10,957 bases of DNA from a virus (Duplodnaviria; Heunggongvirae; Uroviricota; Caudoviricetes). Location of the stretch: the IMG/VR virus record IMGVR_UViG_3300030047_000010; one strand, 5' to 3'. Both the position numbers and the translations under genes were made by a program. Positions within the stretch are counted from its first letter, which is position 1; each line of letters begins with the position of its first letter. A model generated the notes under the pieces. The model searched no databases. It was not told the DNA's origin and saw only the letters and a list, made by a program, of their open reading frames with translations. Below, piece by piece: positions 1-5,093 of this stretch.

Positions 1-261
1 ATTGTCGGAATCAAACTCAAATGTATAAGTGCTAGAACCATCATTCAGCACTAAGACATCGCCGTCTGCCGGGATAACAGGAGCGCTAGCAGTTCCAAAA
101 GCAATACCACCTACAGAATAGGTAGCAGCAACGGTAGACACGGGTACCAAAGTAGAATCCGCAACAGAGCGAACACCATCGGTATCAAACTCAAAAGTAC
201 GTGTTACCTTCTTGGTACCAGCAAGTCCATTGCTGATAACAAAAGCCTGCCCATCTACAGG
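1..261 (-). repeat. Two imperfect in-frame protein repeats 'PxDG-x-(F/L)V(I/L)-x-(N/D)G...TFEFD(T/S)D' within the sheath-like ORF
   Basis: PVDGQAFVISNGLAGTKKVTRTFEFDTDG (about 261-175) and PADGDVLVLNDGSSTYTFEFDSDN (72-1). The 12-mer atcaaactcaaa occurs at 10-21 and 184-195, 174 nt (58 codons) apart. Confidence 0.8.
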
Positions 262-1407
262 AGTACCTGTCAATGTAACAGTACCCGTCGGAACAGAGGC
301 TGCACTGATAGCGGGATCTACAGAAACAACGTTCAACTGAACATTTAGATTTGTAGTTCCTGTGTAACCATCTACGTCAGCTACAAGGGAACCAACACCT
401 GTATTATCATCAGCAGCAATCACATCAGTTGCAACAGCATACTGATTTTTATTGGCAAATGCAGAATGGGGCTCAATAAGAGCCGGAGCATAAGCACTGA
501 ATGTGTAAGTGTCACCAACAACAAATGAAGTACTACCGGAGAAGTCAAAATCAACCTTCACACCATATTCTAGAGTGACCGTTTGAGTCTGGACTAAAGT
601 AGAATCCACCAAAAATGTCGGTGCAGCTACAGCAGATGTTAAGGGCACAGAAGGAGCCGCATCATTACCAGAAGCAATAGGTGTTGCTGTCCAAGCAAAC
701 GTATAAGCAGTGCTTGAGCTTGCTGTCACCTGAAGTGTATAGGAACGACTGTAGTTATGATTGAATTCAGTGTATGCGTCTAGAGCTACTTTGGCCGATC
801 CAGCACCCGATGTATGGGTAACAGCCGTAAACGTAGCAGCACTATTAGTATACTGAACATATTCACCTGTAGATGAGTCGATCTTAGCACCAACAGAACC
901 AACAGATGTTGACAGATAAAAATCTGTGTTACGCTCAAACTGCGATTGACTAGCAAAAGTACCAACAGATGTTATTTCACGAATGCCTGCATACGGCATG
1001 GCATCACCAATAGAAGCATCGGCAGATTGATATGAAATCGTATAAACTTCACCAGATCTGTAGGCAGCATCAGCAATAACAACAGTAGATCCGTCGCTAT
1101 TGAAGTACCAAAGGTCACTACGAACAGCTACTGCCTTTGAATCAACGATAGTCGTCATGCTCTTATTGCATACGGCCAAAGGCGAAAGAGCTGCTGTATG
1201 TGGGCTAGTAGCAGTAAAAGTCAGAGGTGCATCGTTGATATAAGCGCGGCTGATCTGAAGATTCGCTTGATTGATCAGTCGGCTACCGACACCAATATAA
1301 GTAGGAATACGGGTAGCCGTATCCAGATTTGTACCCGAAGCCTGAACGATTTCCGAAGTGTACGCACCTACTGGTACATAACGACCCGGATTCAGTGATG
1401 TTGCCAT
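1..1407 (-). CDS. Probable contractile tail sheath protein with inserted beta-rich domains (3'-partial, at least 469 aa, runs off the window; not in the supplied ORF track)
   Basis: Manual translation from ATG at 1407 gives an uninterrupted frame to base 1: MATSLNPGRYVPVGAYTSEIVQASGTNLDTATRIPTYIGVGSRL...TYTFEFDSDN. The N-terminus fits the sheath pattern Y-x-P-(P/G)-G-(V/A)-Y-T-x-E...IP-x-(F/Y)-IG. Also has SGEVYTISY and FVVGDTYTF motifs and a Thr/Ser/Ala/Val-rich composition. SD AGAAGGA lies 6 nt upstream, and the gene follows a tail-terminator-like gene. The ORF is certain; the sheath call is by motif recognition. Confidence 0.75.
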   Translation of the reverse strand, partial: MATSLNPGRYVPVGAYTSEIVQASGTNLDTATRIPTYIGVGSRLINQANLQISRAYINDAPLTFTATSPHTAALSPLAVCNKSMTTIVDSKAVAVRSDLWYFNSDGSTVVIADAAYRSGEVYTISYQSADASIGDAMPYAGIREITSVGTFASQSQFERNTDFYLSTSVGSVGAKIDSSTGEYVQYTNSAATFTAVTHTSGAGSAKVALDAYTEFNHNYSRSYTLQVTASSSTAYTFAWTATPIASGNDAAPSVPLTSAVAAPTFLVDSTLVQTQTVTLEYGVKVDFDFSGSTSFVVGDTYTFSAYAPALIEPHSAFANKNQYAVATDVIAADDNTGVGSLVADVDGYTGTTNLNVQLNVVSVDPAISAASVPTGTVTLTGTPVDGQAFVISNGLAGTKKVTRTFEFDTDGVRSVADSTLVPVSTVAATYSVGGIAFGTASAPVIPADGDVLVLNDGSSTYTFEFDSDN

Positions 1408-1413
1408 GGATAT

Positions 1414-1420
1414 TCCTTCT
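1414..1420 (-). promoter_or_regulatory. Shine-Dalgarno site of the sheath-like gene
   Basis: Minus strand AGAAGGA-atatcc-ATG(1407); 6-nt spacing. Confidence 0.75.
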
Positions 1421-1480
1421 ATTCTTTTTTGGTAATTACGGTGTATCTTCTAAGAAGAGATTTCAATGTTATTAACAGAT

Positions 1481-1511
1481 AAAAGTGACAAAATGCACTA
1501 GTTTTGTAACT
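1481..1511 (-). terminator. Possible weak intrinsic terminator or inverted-repeat site after the 337-aa gene
   Basis: Minus strand GTTACAAAA-CTAGTGCA-TTTTGTCAC followed by TTTT. The 9-bp arms have one mismatch and are AT-rich, so the stem is weak. Confidence 0.3.
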
Positions 1512-2523
1512 AGTATGTCGCTGTTATCTTCTTTTCTAATAGAATTTGATGCGTCACACCTTCGCCGGGGACACCCTGAACGGTATGATCTGAAACGAGT
1601 CTTAAATAAAACGTACCGGGAGAACGTATTGTTAATACATATTCAGTAGGCATAGTCCCACGACTTATGAGTGCTCTTGATGGATCACTGCTAATTAAAG
1701 TAGCACCTACAGGCATACCTGAAACAAAGCCATGCACTTTTGAACCAACACGAACTGTATCTGAAAAATTAACGAATGCCGTCGTTGGCACATTGTATGG
1801 TGTAGCCATAGCCACATCAGCATTCATAGGACGAAGCACACGCATGCAGAACAAATGCTCAAAAGTTACAGGTATAGTTAGTAGCGACATCCATATTTGA
1901 TTCTTAGGGTCATCCTGCCGGGCCATTTTCTCAGTAGTACCCAATTCAATGTTCATAGGAAACCGAAGTTCCCAAGATTGTACAGGATCCTCTGGATACA
2001 AATAGCTACCAGATAAAACGCCGTTCATATCACCAAAAGCCAAGCCGAGTAAATCCATAAAGCCATTTGTTGAATCTTGATCAAATGTTGCTACGGATAT
2101 GGTAATCTGCACCTCTCGTATAATATGAAAGTGCCTAACAGTGTCCCCATTATTATCTCGTTGCATGCCCGAGTGATATCCAAGCCCCTGACGTTTACTA
2201 GACATCCCGGTATCTGCTATAACAATACACGGAATACTTGCTTGCATCTCTTCATAAAACTTTGATAACTTCAAACTCACTTTTGTTTGATCTTCATCAA
2301 AATTAAACGATTTATCTGTAATGTACTTGGTACCTTCGGGAAATAGATTCGCTACAATCTCACGCAAGTCACCACGCTCAGAAAAGAACCTTTCCAGATA
2401 CGTCTGAATAGCATTCTTAGCCAGCATCTTAATATGAGTCGGTGCTGTAATCTTTGCTGCCTCAGACGGAGATACAGCAACAGGTCTGGGGCTAAGATTC
2501 GTTACATTGTAGTCTACGGCCAT
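1510..2523 (-). CDS. Virion structural protein, probable tail terminator/tail-completion protein with a C-terminal beta-sandwich (Ig-like) extension, 337 aa
   Basis: Long ORF directly upstream of the sheath-like gene. IPCIVIAD, EVQITISVATFDQDSTNGFMDLLGLAF and IWMSLLTIPVTFE give the beta-beta-alpha-beta pattern typical of tail terminator folds. The last roughly 90 aa are beta-rich (VRVGSKV...SSDPSRALI...YVLTIRSPGTFYLRL). Function inferred from pattern and synteny only. No SD is visible. Confidence 0.5.
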   Translation of the reverse strand: MAVDYNVTNLSPRPVAVSPSEAAKITAPTHIKMLAKNAIQTYLERFFSERGDLREIVANLFPEGTKYITDKSFNFDEDQTKVSLKLSKFYEEMQASIPCIVIADTGMSSKRQGLGYHSGMQRDNNGDTVRHFHIIREVQITISVATFDQDSTNGFMDLLGLAFGDMNGVLSGSYLYPEDPVQSWELRFPMNIELGTTEKMARQDDPKNQIWMSLLTIPVTFEHLFCMRVLRPMNADVAMATPYNVPTTAFVNFSDTVRVGSKVHGFVSGMPVGATLISSDPSRALISRGTMPTEYVLTIRSPGTFYLRLVSDHTVQGVPGEGVTHQILLEKKITATY

Positions 2524-2540
2524 ACAAAGAAGTGGGTAAT

Positions 2541-2571
2541 AAAAAAGCCCAGCCTATAAAGACTGGGCCTT
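2541..2571 (-). terminator. Rho-independent terminator downstream of nrdJ
   Basis: Minus strand GCCCAGTCT-TTAT-AGGCTGGGC (9-bp stem, one G.U) followed directly by TTTTTT, about 20 nt after the nrdJ TAA. Confidence 0.88.
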
Positions 2572-2590
2572 ATCAATCTTCTAGCAAAGA

Positions 2591-4996
2591 TTAACGGAGC
2601 TCACAACCCCCACCTGTGCAAGCATACTCACGAATACCGGCAACAGCAGCGTCATCGGTCTCCACAGCTTCAAGAGCGGCCCAATCAATTACAGGGGTCT
2701 TCTCCTTCAAAGCCAGGTACTCTTCCTCTGTACATACGGTATAGGGTGCTTGCTGATACACACCATTGTCATAAGGCAAGAATGAAACACCAGACATCAT
2801 ATCAAAGTTATCCCAAACCCAAGCACCCACTTCAAGCCACTCATTCTCACGAACATATACCGTAATAGATGGCTTATGCTCACAGTAGTGATCTTGATAT
2901 GCCTTCCAGATCTTCAACTGATCAATAGCCGTAAGATCATCTCGGGTTACACAAACATCAGGAGCTTTAACAGGGAAGTAAAACACTGTGGTAGAATCTT
3001 CTTTACCAATCTCGGGTTCCCACTTAACACCTGTGGTCTTCAAGAAACTAGTTAGAGGATCCTTGTTGTCACCGCGAACAGACCGGATATAATACTTAGA
3101 GAATCGCGGGTGGATGCCTGAAGCCGACCCAACCAACTCAGAAACGGTGCCTTCTGGTTTAATGCAAGTCCCAGCAGCCGCAGGACTCACATGAAAGATC
3201 TCAGCAAATTCCTTATTAACACTCTCCACAATAAGACGAAGCTCCTGCAGGAATGTATCACGCTCTTCTGACGATACGGCACCCATGAGAGGATGATCAA
3301 AGATGCCTGTCATGGATACACCGATAAGAGCTTCCTCCTCAGTGTTCTGCCGCCACTTTTTCCGCAGATACCGAAAATTAGTCAACGTTGACTGCATAGT
3401 TCCAAAAATAGCAGCTAGGCGAATCTTCTTACGAATGTCATCTTTTGTATCATCAGGACGCAAAACAATAGTAGATAGATTGCAGAACTGCATGGATCGA
3501 AGAATGATCTCTGAGTTATGAACCAGAATACCTTCACAATTATTATAAGAAGCATCCTCTGTAGATGTAATAATATAAAAATTGTGATTATCCTCAACAG
3601 TCAAATCAAAGATATCTTCGATACCCGCATCCTCAATAGATACAACAGTAATATCAGAGGAATTATCCGTATAAGACACGAGTACAGCACCTAAGGCGTC
3701 TTTAGCCATCACATAAGTTCCAGCAGGAGTAGCCAATAAATGGTCATCAGTACAACGGAAGGAAGAACCATTAGATAATGTTACAAGAACAACAGGCTTT
3801 GTGCCTGTCTTCTTAGCTACAGCCGACTTTATCTCAGTAACCCAAGAATTAACCTTGTCACCACGACGATTCAGCCGAGCACTGTAAACAAGAAAAGGAA
3901 CTGAACCAGCACTCTGTTCAGCTAAATCATGAATGCTGACAGCATTCCTACCATCAGCAACAGCAATCAAAGTATCACCAGTAAAGCAGCACGGATTACA
4001 CCCAAACTGCTGATTCGGGTCTCTCTTACCGTAACGAGCAGCGAGCTTTCGGGCAGCTTCTCTGTTGAAGATGCCACGTTCACCAGAGTAGGATTTATAC
4101 AAAGATACCCACTCCTCCATAAAGTGCCCAATATCAGGACGCTCCGTATAGGCAACAGAATTATTAGCAAGCTTCCGATGAGGAGCGTAATCCCACCAGG
4201 ATCCTGACTTAGCATCACGCATCCTTAAATCAGACAAGTTCGATAGGGATAGAAGTGCAGCTCTACGAACACCACCAACGACAACAATATCTGCAATTTT
4301 GCACATGAGATCATGGCACTCAATTGACTCCAGCTTACGCCCAGCAGCTTTTTGGAACAAAGCAACAGCAAACTTAAATAGTTTCTCCAAGGGTTCAGGA
4401 CCAGAAGCACGACCGCCAAAGATCTTAAGACGGGATCCCGCAGGACGCACACGAGAAACATCCCAACGAGGAATTTGGCCACCATAAAGCAAGTAAAGAA
4501 GCTCATCTAGGGCTTTTGCCCACCCAATCCGACTATCCTCTACAATAATAACAGTATCCGATGGATGAAATGACTCGGCTATTTCAGGTAACTTAGATAC
4601 AAACTGACGCTCTACAGAAAATCCTGCGCCTGCACCGCACATAAGTACGTACATCGCCTCAGAAAAGGCTTTGATGTGATCAATGGCAACATACGAGCAG
4701 TTGTAACCAGCAACATTATCACGATCTAAGGCAGGTCCGGCTGTCATCAAACAACGCATAGCTGGTAGAGCCTCTAAATGAAGCATAGCATTGCGTAAGT
4801 CTTGCTTTAGACCAGCACCCTGATCATCTAGGGATAGAAAAGCAGATGCTGTAGGCTTATGGTGATCAAAGAAGAAATTAAGATACCTATCAATTGTCTC
4901 ATCCCAAGTCTCACGACGATTCTCATTCTCCAACCAGCGAGAATAACGGGACTTAGCGATGAACTCTTGATATGCAGAAGGAAGGGCAAAACTCAT
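2591..4996 (-). CDS. nrdJ: Class II adenosylcobalamin-dependent ribonucleotide reductase, monomeric phage-type; 801-aa precursor, 643 aa after intein removal
   Basis: FIAKSRYSRW...RRETWDETIDRY N-terminus; GYNC100 (redox Cys); RPAGSRLKIFGGRASGPEPL; VVVGGVRRAA; NPC336-[intein]-SE (thiyl-radical Cys); QFC505NL (redox Cys); CIKPEGT; YCEHKPSITV; GVSFLP; YQQAPY; C-terminal ACTGGGCELR Cys pair. No ATP-cone and no nrdB partner in the window. SD AGGAG 9 nt upstream. Confidence 0.95.
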   Translation of the reverse strand: MSFALPSAYQEFIAKSRYSRWLENENRRETWDETIDRYLNFFFDHHKPTASAFLSLDDQGAGLKQDLRNAMLHLEALPAMRCLMTAGPALDRDNVAGYNCSYVAIDHIKAFSEAMYVLMCGAGAGFSVERQFVSKLPEIAESFHPSDTVIIVEDSRIGWAKALDELLYLLYGGQIPRWDVSRVRPAGSRLKIFGGRASGPEPLEKLFKFAVALFQKAAGRKLESIECHDLMCKIADIVVVGGVRRAALLSLSNLSDLRMRDAKSGSWWDYAPHRKLANNSVAYTERPDIGHFMEEWVSLYKSYSGERGIFNREAARKLAARYGKRDPNQQFGCNPCCFTGDTLIAVADGRNAVSIHDLAEQSAGSVPFLVYSARLNRRGDKVNSWVTEIKSAVAKKTGTKPVVLVTLSNGSSFRCTDDHLLATPAGTYVMAKDALGAVLVSYTDNSSDITVVSIEDAGIEDIFDLTVEDNHNFYIITSTEDASYNNCEGILVHNSEIILRSMQFCNLSTIVLRPDDTKDDIRKKIRLAAIFGTMQSTLTNFRYLRKKWRQNTEEEALIGVSMTGIFDHPLMGAVSSEERDTFLQELRLIVESVNKEFAEIFHVSPAAAGTCIKPEGTVSELVGSASGIHPRFSKYYIRSVRGDNKDPLTSFLKTTGVKWEPEIGKEDSTTVFYFPVKAPDVCVTRDDLTAIDQLKIWKAYQDHYCEHKPSITVYVRENEWLEVGAWVWDNFDMMSGVSFLPYDNGVYQQAPYTVCTEEEYLALKEKTPVIDWAALEAVETDDAAVAGIREYACTGGGCELR
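3515..3988 (-). mobile_element. Mini-intein (158 aa, no homing endonuclease) in nrdJ, precursor residues 337-494
   Basis: Block A CFTGDTLIAVADG (C1 codon 3988-3986), block B FRCTDDHLL (TxxH), block F IFDLTVEDNHNFY, block G GILVHN (ends 3515), followed by Ser+1. Removing it restores GCNPCSEIILR. No LAGLIDADG or HNH motif, and it is too short to hold one. Confidence 0.95.
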
Positions 4997-4998
4997 TT

Positions 4999-5093
4999 CT
5001 AGATACTCCTAACAAGATCTCTGTAGTAAATGCAGTTGCTGTCACCAGCAGTATCCTTACCATTTACCGCAGAGAACTGGAAGAAGTCTCTAG
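4999..5093 (-). promoter_or_regulatory. Extended RNA hairpin filling the amidoligase-2/nrdJ intergenic region and masking the nrdJ Shine-Dalgarno (AGGAG, 5010-5006)
   Basis: Outer arms CTAGAGACTTCT (5093-5082) / AGGAGTATCTAG (5010-4999): 11 pairs plus one G-A mismatch. Inner arms TCTCTGCGGTAAATG (5075-5061) / CATTTACTACAGAGA (5032-5018): 14 of 15 paired. Apical region GTA-AGGA-TAC and TGCTG-GTGA-CAGCA. No U-tract, so not a terminator. Pairing was read by eye; function is inferred. Confidence 0.7.

Noticed and set aside
3515-3988. Homing endonuclease or group I/II intron in nrdJ
   Set aside because: The insertion is in frame, 158 aa, fully accounted for by Hint blocks, and has no endonuclease motif.
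5011-5026. Possible NrdR box (ACAGAGATCTTGT) beside the nrdJ SD
   Set aside because: Only the right half fits the C-w-A-n-A-T-n-T-w-G core, it is single rather than tandem, and the hairpin explains the sequence. A PWM scan could revisit it.
4953-5063. 36-codon minus-strand ORF (MVRILLVTATAFTTEILLGVSRNEFC...) overlapping the nrdJ start as a possible leader peptide
   Set aside because: No SD, and its ATG is buried in the predicted inner helix; nothing else supports translation.
4999-5093. Canonical cobalamin riboswitch upstream of the B12-dependent nrdJ
   Set aside because: The gap is only about 93 nt and I see no B12-box or the conserved GGGAA/GCCACUG-type elements; reported instead as an unassigned structured RNA.
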